Shown one piece after another: positions 21,326 to 33,000 of a stretch of DNA of 64,000 nt. The translations under genes were made by a program, and so were the position numbers. The notes below the pieces were generated by a model. It did no database searches, was not told where the DNA came from, and saw nothing but the letters and a program-made list of their open reading frames with translations. The stretch comes from an uncultured Planctomycetaceae bacterium (lineage in GTDB: Bacteria > Planctomycetota > Planctomycetia > Isosphaerales > Isosphaeraceae): positions 5,248,001-5,312,000 of the forward strand of contig CAWIAD010000002.1 in NCBI GenBank assembly GCA_963833985.1, in the 5' to 3' direction. Numbering within the stretch: the first letter of the stretch is position 1; every line of letters starts with the position of its first letter.

Positions 21326-21838
21326 TTACTTGCCTTCCTTCTCCTCCGCCTCTTCTTTCTCCTGCGCGGCTTCCTTGATTTTCCCCCTGGCGTCAACGGT
21401 CACCTCGACCGACTTGCCGGCCGCGGTGACAACGTCCAGCTCGTACGCCTTCTCTTCCTCCTTGCCGTCCTCGATCTCCACGATCTCCTCGGCCTTTTTG
21501 ATCTTCGCCTGCGGATACCGGGCGGCAATCGCCTCGGTAACGGCCCTGGGTACATCGCTCATGGCGATCTCGGTCTCGATCTCCTCGATCTCGCCCTTCT
21601 CATCGAGGCTCACGGTGATGTGCTTCCCTGCACTGGTGAGACTGACCTCGTAGGTGGTCTTCTTGCCTTCCACTTCCTTGGAGGCCTCCTTGAGCTCCGC
21701 TTGCGGGAACTTGTGCTTCACGGCATCGATCCCGGCCCTGGGTACTTGAGCGAGCGGGACCTTCTGCTCGTCGCCCCGGATGGATGGCCCGAAAACCAGG
21801 ACAGACACTGCCAGGATACCAGAGACGCTGAACTTCAT
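21326..21838 (-). CDS. Secreted PepSY-like (BLIP-like) domain protein
   Basis: Signal peptide; two repeats of VP.AV..A....YP.A.IK.A....YE. Confidence 0.75.
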   Translation of the reverse strand: MKFSVSGILAVSVLVFGPSIRGDEQKVPLAQVPRAGIDAVKHKFPQAELKEASKEVEGKKTTYEVSLTSAGKHITVSLDEKGEIEEIETEIAMSDVPRAVTEAIAARYPQAKIKKAEEIVEIEDGKEEEKAYELDVVTAAGKSVEVTVDARGKIKEAAQEKEEAEEKEGK

Positions 21839-22081
21839 CGGCTTTTCCTTTCCAGCATGGAGAGAGGTAGCAGCAGCCAGAACTCCAGGTCAGGCTCGAG
21901 CGCGGCCTTTCCGCTCGGATTGTACGGCCAGGCACATCAGGTAAGCGTGAGCAGACGATAAGAAATGTCTTATCTACGGCTCACGGCCTGCTCAGGTCCG
22001 GCGCCTATATTGCTCCAGTGGCAGAGTGAAGAACCCTGTTCCTCCTTTCTGGTATCCACGGTCATGAGAAAACTTCAAGTC

Positions 22082-23151
22082 ATGGACTCATGGAAGAGTT
22101 TCGTCGCGTCAGCGTCCGGCTTCCTGCACAGGCACGTGCTCTTGCTCGTGGTGGCAAGCTATGCACTGGCAGCCACCTGGCCGGGCATAGGAATGTGGAT
22201 CAAGGATACGAGCCTCCTTGAATCCGCCGTGGGTCCGGTGCGGATTCACGCCACCATCCCGGCGCTCTTGCTGGCGTTCTTGCTGGGCAGCGCGGGAATG
22301 CGGGTGCGCGGCGAGCGGATGCGGGCGATGGTCCGGCGCCCGGAATGATCGTCGCCGGAATCCTGGCCAACCTGTCAGTCCCGGTGTTTTACCTCGTCCT
22401 GCTCATTCCCGTGCTCGGCTGCTGGCACAACCCGGATGAAGTGTCGACGATCGTGATCGGCCTGGCGCTCGTGGCGTCGATGCCGGTGGCCGGCTCATCT
22501 ACCGGATGGGCACAGCATGCCGGGGCCGACATGGCCGTCAGCCTGGGGCTTGTGCTGGTGTCCACGCTCATCAGCCCGCTGGTCACGCCCCTGGTGCTCA
22601 AGTTCCTGGGAACGGTTTCACCCACTCAGGCAGCGACGGCTCTCCATCAAGTGTCCGGCAGCAAGACGGGCGAGTTCCTCCTGGTCTGGGTGCTGGCCCC
22701 GTCGCTCCTGGGTATCGCGGTGCGGCAGATCATCCCCGAAAGACGCATGGTCCAGCTGGAGCAGTTGCTCAAGCCGCTGGCCACACTTTGCCTGCTGGTG
22801 CTCTGCTACGCCAACGCGTCCGCCTGCCTGCCGCAAGCCCTGCACAGCCAGGACTGGGACTTCCTGGGTGCCGTGGTCGTTGCGGTGCTGGGCATGTGCA
22901 CGGTCACCTTCACGATGGGATACACCGTCGGCAAGGTTTTTCACGCTGACCGGCAAGCCCGTACCGCACTCATGTACGGGCTGGGGATGAACAACAACGG
23001 CACGGGACTGGTACTGGCGTCGGCGGCTCTGGCGTCCCGGCCGATCGTGCTCCTGCCCATCATCATCTACAACCTGGGACAGCACCTGGTCGCCGGCTGC
23101 GTGCATGGGCTCACAGCGGCGGAGCACGACGCTCCGCGCCGAGCCGATTGA
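22082..23151 (+). CDS. Bile acid:sodium symporter family transporter (frameshift near 22345)
   Basis: ASMPVAGSSTGW, SLGLVLVSTLISP, GMNNNGTGL, PIIIYNLGQH; N-terminal TMs in ORF 21965-22348. Confidence 0.8.
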
Positions 23152-23182
23152 CGGCGGGGCACGACGCTCCGCGCCGATTGAC
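23124..23182 (+). repeat. Tandem duplication of symporter 3' end (about 24 nt)
   Basis: GCACGACGCTCCGCGCCGA(GCCGA)TTGAC at 23124-23152 and GCACGACGCTCCGCGCCGATTGAC at 23159-23182. Confidence 0.8.
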
Positions 23183-23185
23183 CGC

Positions 23186-23671
23186 TCACTTGGACTCGTG
23201 CGCCAGGTAGGCCTCGACCATGAGCACGCTGGGGCCGGCACGGCGGATCACGGAGAGCCGCGTCTCGGCGCTGCTGACTTCCTCCAGTTGCTCGTTCACG
23301 AACCACTGGAGGAAGTTCATGGCGATGTAGTTCTTCTCGGCCGCCGCCAGATCCATCAACTCATAAATCTGCCGCGTCGTGACCTGTTCGGTGTCGAGCG
23401 CCAGCTGCGCGGCGTCGAGTGCCGAGTCGAACTCGTTGCGCGGGGCGGAGATCGCCGGAAAGGCAGCCTTGCCCCCGGCATCGAGCAGGAACTTCACGAA
23501 CTTCATCGCGTGCTGCCGCTCTTCGTCGGCCTGGGTGGAATAGATCCGGGCCAGGCCGAAGAGCCCCTCTCGATCAAAATAAGCCGCGATCGCCAGGTAC
23601 TGGATCGAATTCCCCAGCTCGTGACCGATCTGTTCGTTGAACGCTTTGTTGATCTTCTCGCTGATCAGCAC
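23186..23671 (-). CDS. Non-heme ferritin
   Basis: LISEKINKAFNEQIGHE, QADEERQHAMKF, EQ.TT.QI, FLQWFVNEQLEE ferroxidase motifs; GTG start at 23671 with AGGGAG RBS. Confidence 0.9.
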   Translation of the reverse strand: MLISEKINKAFNEQIGHELGNSIQYLAIAAYFDREGLFGLARIYSTQADEERQHAMKFVKFLLDAGGKAAFPAISAPRNEFDSALDAAQLALDTEQVTTRQIYELMDLAAAEKNYIAMNFLQWFVNEQLEEVSSAETRLSVIRRAGPSVLMVEAYLAHESK

Positions 23672-23787
23672 TGAAGGCTCCCTGCGTCGGGCGATCATTC
23701 CCCTGGCCTGTCCGTTACGGGCTTCATCATCGTGAAGCGGCTTGATCTTCCGGAATTCCTCGGCGCTGCACAAGCCCGCGGGCCCTG

Positions 23788-25537
23788 TCACCAGCGCAGC
23801 ACCACCAGCGAGACGGCCTGACGCGGCAGCAGGAACGTGAGGGGGAGCACTCCGCCCTGCGCGGGCCGCCACTCGGGAGACGTGCTCAGCGCAAGCTGTG
23901 CGGCGTGCTTCAGTGCGGCGAGCTGCTCGGACGTGGGCTGCGCGGCGCTCCCATGCGTTTCCACGCCTCGAACGCGTTACCGTGGCCGCCGTCGATCCGG
24001 TAATGCTCCACCAGCACCGGGCTGGCTGCGGGCGGCAAACCATTGAGCCGGAGCTCGACGGCCGCGTCCGGCGCCGGCAGGTCGTCATCGTGATAGTGCC
24101 AGACCAGCACGCTCAGGGTGCGCTCGTCCCGGGCGGCAAGGGCCATGACCTCCGGCTGCTCTCGCACGCCGTGCCGCATCAGGGCCTCGACGCCCGCATC
24201 GGCCTTGCACTCGACCTTCAGCCTGCGGCCGTTCATGAGTCCGAGCATCCGGAAAACGTTCAGCACCGGCAGGTCGATCCCGTTGCTGGCCAGCACGCGA
24301 AAGCCGGCGAAATAGGGCTGGTCCTCGAACTCGAACGCCCAGGTGAGCGAGCCCTCCAGGTTCACGCCATGCTTCTCGGCCAGGTCGAGCGTGCGGGCAT
24401 AGGCGGCTGCCGTGTAGCTGGCGTAAAGCGTGCTGTTGCGATAGGCATTCTGGGGGAAGACCGTGGCCGGACACGCCGCGCAGCCGTCGGGATCGGATTC
24501 GCCGATGATGATCGGCCGGCCCTTCAGCTCTGGATAGCCGGCAATGACCCTGAAACCGCGGTCGATGTCCTGGAGCTGCGTGGCAATCCCCATCTGCACG
24601 TGTCCAGCCGCGATATGCGGTGAGCCCTTGGCGTGGAACGCCAGGAAATCGAGCGGTGCGCCGGTCTTTCCCGTCGCATGGTTCGTACCCCGCAGGCAAT
24701 GCTCGATGAATCCCTGGAGGAACCGCGCCGCCTCGGGCGTGCGCGTGCCGGCGATCTCCGGCCCGCCCACGCGGGCCGCGGGCAGGGCGCGCTTGACGGC
24801 GTCGGCGGCATGGTCGTAGAGGCGGTGGTAATCCTCGGCCGTGCCACGCCAGTAGGAGATGTTCGGCTCGTTCCAGACTTCCCAGTACCACTGCTCCACC
24901 TCCGGGCGGCCGTAGCGGCTGACGCAGTGGGTCACCCACTGGTTCACCAGCTCGCCCCACTTCCGGTAATCCCTGGGCGGATACGCCCAGCCCGTTGACA
25001 GGCTTCCCCGCGCGGGGTCCAGTGGTGCCGATACGGCTCGGGCTTCGTGGAGAGTGCCTGAGGCATGAAGCCAATCTGGACATAGGGCTTCACCCCGCAT
25101 TGCAGATACGTGTCGAAGATGCGGTCGACGATCGTCCAGTCGTAGCGCGGCTGCCCCTGGCCGTCCTCGGTGTAGGCGTTCGTCGAGCCCCACTTCAGCG
25201 CCGGGGTGCCGTCACCGGTGGTCAGCAGGTTGTGCGTGCGGATGAAGACCGTTTGCCGGCTGAGCGCCGCCAGCTCCCCGAGCAGGGTCTTGCCATCTTT
25301 CATGTAGGTGTAGTTGGGTTCATCATATCCGAAGAATCGCCAGGCGGGTGGGAGTGGCAGCCCCGGCCGGGAGGCGTCCACGGTGATGGCGAACGGCTCC
25401 GTGCAGTTTCCACTTCGACTCCCGGCGGCCAGGCAGAGGGCCAGAACGGCCAGCATCACGACGCATCGGGATCTCGCGAAGAATACTGTTCGCTGGCTCT
25501 CATCTTCCAGCCGCCTCTTTTCGGTCCACATGCTCAT
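23788..25537 (-). CDS. Glycoside hydrolase family 39 (beta-xylosidase-like), secreted; two frameshifts (near 25000 and 23945)
   Basis: WRFFGYDEPNYTY, RTHNLL, WEVWNEPN (acid/base), IIGESDP (nucleophile); C-terminus reconstructed as ...LPRQAVSLVVLRW with stop at 23788. Confidence 0.85.
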
Positions 25538-25729
25538 GATCCTCCGCTGGCCTCTGGTGGTTCCACAGGCGCAGGTCGTCCAGGCGATGACACCCGTGCA
25601 ATATCGTTCCAGTGATGCTCAGTGTACCCCTTTTCGCGCCGCTGCCGAAGCACAAGTCGCAATCCGGGAGCTGACGCCCGGGGACGCCCGGCCCCCTTTC
25701 GCGGGGCACAAGCCAAAGTCGCGAGACAA

Positions 25730-25867
25730 GATTCCAAATCGTGGGACACGATTCCATTCGTGTCGCATAATCATAATGATTTTAATGAAAAAATGAATTG
25801 TAATAATATAACATTAGAATAACTATTGAAGAGACACCATCGGAGTCTTGTCCCACGAAATGGAATC
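25730..25867. repeat. REP-doublet/REPIN-like inverted repeat enclosing an AT-rich core
   Basis: GATTCCAAATCGTGGGACA (from 25730) is nearly the reverse complement of TGTCCCACGAAATGGAATC (to 25867); left arm contains the hairpin GACACGA-TTCCAT-TCGTGTC. Confidence 0.75.
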
Positions 25868-25924
25868 CAGGATGACAGGTCGGGTACCGCTGGACTCTGA
25901 GGGTTCTCCGAATCAGGGGAGGCT

Positions 25925-26617
25925 CTACCTCGCGGGATCTTCCAGGGCTGGAAGCTCGGTGCGATCCAGCACGCGCAGCAGGTCGAGCGCGTGGTCGATG
26001 ACCAGAATCGCACCGCTCTCGAACAGCTCCCCGGCGGTGCGGAAGCCCCACGCGGCGCCGATGGGGATCATGCCGGCGCGGCGGGCGGTGGTCATGTCGA
26101 TCGCCGAATCGCCCAAGTAGACGACCTCGTGCGGACCGGCGCCCAGGAGCGTGGCGATGCGCACGGCCTCGCCGGGGTCCGGCTTGCGCGCGAAGCCCGG
26201 GCGATCACCCAGAACCGCCTGGAACTGCCACCGGGGCAGCAGCTCGGTGACGCATTGCACGGTGAACGCGTGCGGCTTGTTGGACAGCACGGCCATGCCC
26301 AGAGAACGCTCCACCAGGCCGTCGAGCAGCTCGGGGACGCCGGGATAGGGCCGCGTGGCGCGGTTCCAGCCGCGGCCGTAGGTCTCGCGGAAGGCGGCCA
26401 CACAGCGATCCACCAGGGGGGGCTCGCCCATGCCCGGAGGCAGGGCGCGGCGGAAGAGCGTCGCGATCCCCTCGCCGATGAACTGGCGGTAGGATTCAAT
26501 GGGGTGCGGTGGAAAACCGAGCGTTTCGAGCGCCTCGTTCGCCGACCTGCCGATGTCCTCAAGGGTATCAAGCAGGGTGCCGTCGAGATCGAAGAGGACT
26601 GCGCGGGCGTCCTTCAT
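25925..26617 (-). CDS. HAD-family hydrolase (phosphoglycolate phosphatase-like)
   Basis: FDLDGTLLDT, VLSNK, RKPDP, YLGDSAIDM motifs. Confidence 0.9.
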   Translation of the reverse strand: MKDARAVLFDLDGTLLDTLEDIGRSANEALETLGFPPHPIESYRQFIGEGIATLFRRALPPGMGEPPLVDRCVAAFRETYGRGWNRATRPYPGVPELLDGLVERSLGMAVLSNKPHAFTVQCVTELLPRWQFQAVLGDRPGFARKPDPGEAVRIATLLGAGPHEVVYLGDSAIDMTTARRAGMIPIGAAWGFRTAGELFESGAILVIDHALDLLRVLDRTELPALEDPAR

Positions 26618-26650
26618 TCGTGAGTGCTCCTGGAATGGCACGACTTCAAG

Positions 26651-28231
26651 TCAGTGTAACGGGCTGATCCGCACCAGCACCACGCCGTGGCTCGCGACGG
26701 ACGCCGTGAACTGGTTGTCGCACGTGCCCTGGTCTTTTTGCCGCCAGAGGTCGCGCAGTTGCCGGGGACCGGAGAGGCCCAGGTCGCGCCAGCGTGCGGT
26801 CACGACCGAGGGCGACGGACCCCGGTTGAACAGCCCCACGGCAATGGACCCGTCGGCCATGTCCCTGGCCCAGACCTCGACCGTGCCCTCCCTGGCGACG
26901 CGCCGGCCTGGCCGGCCCAGCACATCCTGATCGACGTCGATCACCTCGTCGTTGCAGAGCAGTCCGAGCGTGAAGTCGTCCAGGCGGGTGATGTCGCCGC
27001 TGAAGATCAGGGGGGCGGCCAGCAGGCACCAGAGGGAGACGTGCGCGTATTGCTCGTCGGGCGTGAGCGGCGTGGGAACGGTTTTGCCTTTCCAGTTGCT
27101 CAGGTAGCCCAGCAGCAGGTAATCCGGGTCGTTCCAGCCGCCAGGCCCTCCATACCGATGCAGCGCCCGGTTGGCGTAGAGGTCGAAGCCGTCGCGGAAC
27201 AGTGCCGCGGGAATGCCCTCGAAGCTGCCGCCGAAGTCGCCGGCCGTCCGCCAGCTCTGGCCGCCGACCTCCTTGCCCCACTCCCAGACGTCGCCCATGC
27301 CGTACTGGCAGAGGTTCAGCACCACGTCGCGCGGCTGCCGCCTGAGGATCTCGCCAATCTGCCGGTAGGGCTTCATGAGCGTGGCCCGGTCGGTCGATTT
27401 CGCAACCTGCCCGTAGGAGCACCAGTCATGCTTCAGGAAGTCGAAGCCCCAGGCGACGAACTGCTGCACGTCCTGCTCCTCATGCTGGTACGCGCCCACG
27501 TGACCACCGCAGGTGAGCGGGCCCGGCGAGGTGTAGATACCCGCTTTCAGACCCCGAGCGTGAATGTAATCGGTCAGGGCCTTCATGTCCGGGAAGCGCG
27601 CGTTGGAGCGGACGCGGCCAGCCGGGTCGCGGGGCGTGCCGCCCAGGTCCTGCTCCGGCGCGCCGGGCTTGACTGCCCAGCAGTCGTCGATATTCACATA
27701 GCTGTATCCGTGGTCGATCATTCCCGAACGCACCATGGCGTCGGCCGCGTCGCGAATGATCCGGTCCGTGACGTGGTTCTCCCAGATGTACCAGCTATTC
27801 CAGCCCATGTGCGGAGTGAGGGCCAATGTCTGGCCGCAGAGGATGCGGAACGGCCGGCGCGCGGTTCCGTGCGAGTTGGCCGCCTCGAAGACGACATCGT
27901 AGGTTCCCGCGGTGGTGAGGCAACCGCTGACCTGCCCCGTCGCGGGATCGACCGAGAGCCCGTGCGGCAGATCCTGCACGCCGTAACGCAGGGGCCGCGT
28001 ACCGGTGGCGGGAATGGTGAACAGAAAGGGAGAGCCGGGGCGGACGCCGAAGACTTTCGGACCGTTGATCCGGGGCGCCGGGCCGGGCCGGGGCGTGAGA
28101 ATCTCTGGCGCGGCCGCCACGGCCTGGGCAAAACTCAGGAGGCCCAGAGCAAGGAGGCCCACGGGCAGGAGCCAGGCCCCCGCGTGCATGCGTTTGATGG
28201 AAGTAGAAGTGGTCATCGATTGTTCATCCAT
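26651..28231 (-). CDS. Alpha-galactosidase, GH27, with N-terminal Ig-like domain
   Basis: TPHMGWNSW, YVNIDDCW, RFPDMKALTDYIH, FDFLKHDWC, SWRTAGD, WNDPDYL. Confidence 0.9.
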   Translation of the reverse strand: MDEQSMTTSTSIKRMHAGAWLLPVGLLALGLLSFAQAVAAAPEILTPRPGPAPRINGPKVFGVRPGSPFLFTIPATGTRPLRYGVQDLPHGLSVDPATGQVSGCLTTAGTYDVVFEAANSHGTARRPFRILCGQTLALTPHMGWNSWYIWENHVTDRIIRDAADAMVRSGMIDHGYSYVNIDDCWAVKPGAPEQDLGGTPRDPAGRVRSNARFPDMKALTDYIHARGLKAGIYTSPGPLTCGGHVGAYQHEEQDVQQFVAWGFDFLKHDWCSYGQVAKSTDRATLMKPYRQIGEILRRQPRDVVLNLCQYGMGDVWEWGKEVGGQSWRTAGDFGGSFEGIPAALFRDGFDLYANRALHRYGGPGGWNDPDYLLLGYLSNWKGKTVPTPLTPDEQYAHVSLWCLLAAPLIFSGDITRLDDFTLGLLCNDEVIDVDQDVLGRPGRRVAREGTVEVWARDMADGSIAVGLFNRGPSPSVVTARWRDLGLSGPRQLRDLWRQKDQGTCDNQFTASVASHGVVLVRISPLH

Positions 28232-29684
28232 TCATTCCACAGGCGGCGCGTCGAGCAGGCTCTCAATTTCCTCCAGGGTCTTTCCCCTGGTTTCGGGGAG
28301 CCGCAGGAAGACGAATGTGAAGCCCAGCACGCAGATCGCCGCATAGGTCCAGAAGGTTCCCGCCGGGCCGAGCACGTGGTTCAGCACGGGGAAGGAACCG
28401 GTCAACGTGAAGCAGCCCATCCAGAGAGCGAAGACGGCCAGCGCCAGGCGCAGCGCCGCGAATGCGGTTGGGGAAGATCTCCGCCAGCACTACCCAGACC
28501 ACTGGCCCGAGCGTGCAGGCAAAGCATGCAATGGCCGCGACGACCAGAAGCAGAACGTGAATGCCCTGCGTGTGCAGCGCATAGCTCAGGCCGATCAGTG
28601 CATAGATGACCGCCAGGCCCGCCGAGCCGGCAAGCATGAGCAGGCGGCGGCCCAGGCGGTCCACGGTGGCGATGGCCACGAAGGTGAATGCCAGGTTCAC
28701 CACGCCGGTGATGACGATGTTGAAGAGGATGTCGGAGACGCCGTATCCGGCCGACGCGAAGACTTCCTCGGCGTAGTTGAAGATGACGTTGATGCCACAC
28801 CACTGCTGGAAGACCGCCAGGACCACGCCGATCACCAGTGCCGGGCGGACCCGCAGATCCAGCAACGCGCGCGCACCCGACGCGCTGGCGTCGTGTGTCT
28901 CGGCCAGCGTCATGCGGATCTCGTCCAGGGCCGTCTGCGCGTAGGACGGACCGCCGACCCTGGCAAGAATGTGCGCCGCTTCCTGCTCGAAGCCCGCCCG
29001 TGCCAGCCAGCGCGGGCTCTCGGGTACAACGAACATCGCCACGAAGAAGAACAGAGCCGGGACGGCCGTCACGCCAAACATCCAGCGCCAGCCGAACTGA
29101 CCGTTCCAGGACTGGAGGATCTGCTCAGGCGTTGCGCCCGGTGCCACCGGTTCAGCGATCAGCCAGTTGACAAGCTGGGCCAGCAGGATGCCGATGACGA
29201 TCGTGAGCTGGTTGAGCGCCACGAGCTTGCCCCGGATTGCAGCCGGAGCGATCTCGGCGATGTACATCGGCGAGAGGTTCGACGCCAGGCCGATGGCCAC
29301 TCCGCCGGCGATCCGGCCAAGCACGAAAAGCGTGAAGGAAGCAGCGAGCGCCGTGCCGATCGACGAGAGCGTGAAAAGCACGGCCGCAAGGATCAGCAAC
29401 CGCTTGCGGCCGAAGCGATCGGCCAGCATGCCGGAGGCAATCGCCCCCAGCAGGCAGCCCACCAGGGCGCTGCTCATCGCCCAGCCCACCGCGAGCGGAC
29501 TGGCCAGATGGAAGTACTTCTCGTAAAACGGCTTGGCCCCGCCGATGACCACGAAGTCATACCCGAAGAGCAACCCGCCGAGAGCGGCCACCAGGCTGAT
29601 GGTCCAGATCCATCTCACATCAAGGATCCCCTCCGGCTCGGTGCGCGTCTGGAGCTGACGAGGGCGATCATCGGCGGCGAGCAT
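28232..29684 (-). CDS. Sugar porter family MFS transporter (XylE/GalP-like; frameshift near 28450)
   Basis: GGLLFGYD, DRFGRK, PMYIAE, PESPRWL, QQWCGINVIFNY, PETRGKTLEEIE. Confidence 0.92.
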
Positions 29685-30027
29685 GGCGGGGATTCCGAGG
29701 GTGGGATCGGGGCGGCAGCCCTTTCAACGGGCCGGTGGACGTTGCGGTGTCCGGAACTGATTGTACAGGAAGCGGCGGCGCAGGGGAAAAGTCTTCCGTG
29801 ACGATCCTCGACGTCTCGACGTGCCCGTCGCCTGCCAGGGTAGCGCGGTGGCCTGGTTCGAGCCGGGAACCATCGAGCCGCGCCTCATCGTGCTGCCGGT
29901 CCGCCGCCCCCTTCGCAAGAAGTGAAAAGGATGGTATGCCTTGAAGGCAGGGCATTGCCGGAGCGGCAGGCGAGAAACCGCGCCGCATTGCCCTCTCCTC
30001 ACCTCTCCCACGCTCGACGGAGGCCTC

Positions 30028-33000
30028 ATGGACCGCATCCAATGTCTGTTCACTCTTCTCCTCGGAGGGTTCTTTGCGTTTTCCGCGGCGGTGCCCACGC
30101 CGGCGGCGGCGCAGCAGGCCCGATCCTCGGCGCGGACAGTGCGGCTGGAGGCCACGCGTGACACCTGGGTCTCCGAGGTCGGTCGCGAGGCTGACGGGAA
30201 CAACGGCGCGGCGCCGCGGCTCAAGCTCAAGAGCATTCAGGAGATGACGCTCATCGACATCGATCCTGCGCCGCTCCAGGGGCACGTCATCACCAGCGCG
30301 GAGCTGCATATGAAGTCCGTGGGTGAGCCGCGGCTGCGGCGCGTGACCGTGAGTGGGATTGGTGCTGAGTGGTACGAGGGAGCCGGCACCAATTACGCAC
30401 GGGAGCCGGGTGGCGCCACGTTCCGCCAGCGCCGCTTTCCCGATCTGACCTGGTCGATCGCCCGGCCCGGCGGCGACCTGTGTTTCGTCGTGCTGGGCAA
30501 CGGCGGCACGAACTGGGGCATGGCCGACGCCACGCCGCCAGATGCCGACGGCTGGCAAACCATCGCCATCAAGCCGGCCGTGCTGGCTGCCCGTGCCGCG
30601 GGACTTTCCCACGGGTTCCTGGTCTTCGACGACACGGGGTCGGAATGGAGCCGCCAGGGAGAGAAGTTCCAGTTCCACCTGTTCCCGAACCGCTTTGTCT
30701 TCAGCCGCGACCAGAACCGCGCCAGTGCGCCGTACCTCACCGTCGTCCTGGGCGCCGGGGATCGCGAGCCGCCCGATGCGCCCGACAGGCGTGCTCTCGG
30801 AATCCCATGGCTTGCCGCCCGGCGAGGCGCTCGTCTCCTGGGCCACCCCGCGCGATCGCGGGCCGGCCGGCACGCTCGGGTTCGTGGCCAGCCTGTCGGG
30901 CCGCCCCATTCCGCGCGAGCTGATCCCGCTGGCCGGAGCGCCCGGATCGCGCGTGCCGATGCACCTCAGCGACCTGGGACTGGAGCAGACGCCCTCAGCC
31001 ACGCTCAGCGTCCGGGCCGTCGATGCCGCGGGGAACCTCGGGCCGGAGGCCAGCACCACGGTCCACTTCCCGGAAAGGCCCGCCGTCGCCGCGGTACTTC
31101 CAGGGTCTGCTCCGGAAATCCTTCACCTCGCTTCCTCGACTCCCTTGCCCTCGCTGGGAGGCGCGGAGATCGCCGTGGTCGACGAGCTGGACAAGATTCA
31201 TCCGCGCACCGGCGCGATGATCCCTCGGCAATCGCTGGATTATCTCCGTTCCAACCATCTCTGGAACGCGGTCGCTCGCCGGATTGACCTGCACGCGGCC
31301 CGCAACGAATACGCGGGGTTCCAGGTGGTCATGCAGGGGAAGCGTCTGGGCCCTGACCCGGAATTCCGGCCGGAACTGACGTTCCGCGGCGCAGCCGGAC
31401 CACTGGTTCAGGTGGGTTACGGCCGCTACCACCCGGTCCCCACGCCGGACGGCCCATTGCCCGATCCGATCGTTCCCCTGGGCGTCGCGGCGCCCGGCGG
31501 AACGGACGAATCCGCGGACGGCACGTCCAGCCGCAGCCTGCACGTCGAGCTGTACGTGCCGCACGACATGCCGGCCGGCACGCACCAGGGCACGCTCACC
31601 CTGAAGGCGGGTGGCGATCGCCTGGAACTGGCGGTCGTGCTCAAGGTCTGGGATTTCACCCTGCCAGACCATCTCAGCTTCCTGCCCGAAATGAACTGCT
31701 ACGGACTGCCGGACAACGAGCGCGATTATTACCGCCTGGCGCACCGCCATCGCACGGTGCTGAACCGCCTGACCTACAACCAGAACGGCCGGGTGCAGGA
31801 AGGCTGTGCCCCGCGCTGGGACGGCAGGCGGCTGGACTGGACGGGCTGGGACCAGCGCTTCGGCCCCTTGCTGGACGGCTCGGCCTTTCGCGACCTGCCG
31901 CGCAAGGGAGTGCCCGTGGAGTGCTTCTACCTGCCCTTGCATGAGAACTGGCCCAGCCCGATGGAAGGGAACTACAATGGCAACTACTGGGCCGACCAGG
32001 CGTTTCCTGATTCGTATCGCAGGGCGTTCGTATCGGCATCGCGGCAGATGGCCGAGCACATGCTCGCCCGGCGGTACACTGAAACGCTGTTCCACGGGTT
32101 CCTCAACAACAAGAACAACTTCAAGCAGGGCGGATGGTCGCGGGGGTCGTCCCCCTGGCTGCTGGACGAACCGGCCAGCTTTCAGGATTTCTGGGCGCTG
32201 CGCTACTTCGGCCGCGCCTTTCATGAGGGGGTCAACCAGGCCCGGCCAGTGGTCACGAAGGCCCAGGCCGCGGCATCTCGCGCCCAGGCCGCGGCACCTC
32301 GCACCCAGGCCGCAGCCGCAGCAACTCGCGCCCAGGCCGCAGCCGCAGCAACTCGCGCCCAGACTGCGGCACCTCGCACCCAGGCCGCGGCACCTCGCGC
32401 CGAGGCCGCGGCACCTCGCGCCGAGGCCGCGGGTTTCCCCCGCATGGTCTTTCGCATCGACGACTCGCGGCCTCAGTGGCGGCGTGACGCCCTGGACGGC
32501 CTGGTCGACTACCACGTCGTCGGCTCGGCGCTGAGGCAGTATCCACGGCTGGTCCTGGAGCGCAAGCGGCGGTTCGGCGAGATCGTCGTCGAGTACGGCG
32601 GCACGAACGCCCTGCAAGGCTCGAACCTTCAGCCGGTGGGCTGGTCGCTGGACGCCTGGTCGCTGGGCATCGACGGGGTCTTGCCCTGGCAGACCATCGG
32701 CACGGAGCGCTCCTGGCAGCAGGCCGACGAGCTTGCGCTCTTTTATCCGCTGCCGCGCTGGAGCCGTTCCCGGCCCGGCTGCCGTCAGCGCCGAACCTGG
32801 CGCGGTTCCGTCCATCCGGCTGAAGGCCTATCGCCGCGGCCAGCAGGACGTCGAGTACCTGACCCTCTGGTCGCGGCAGGCCGGGTTGCCACAGGTGCAG
32901 GCCGGCCGGCTCGTGCGTGCGGCACTGCATCTCGCCGGCACGCGCCGGGCCACCGAGACAGGGGGCGCCGAGGATGCCGGCAGGATCGACTACTCGGGCC

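Noticed and set aside
21990..22005. TCAGGTCCGG resembling SRP RNA domain IV
   Set aside because: Not followed by the AAGGAAGCAGC motif.
32261..32431. Possible CRISPR array
   Set aside because: Units are contiguous with no unique spacers, stay in frame inside a CDS, and no cas genes are present.
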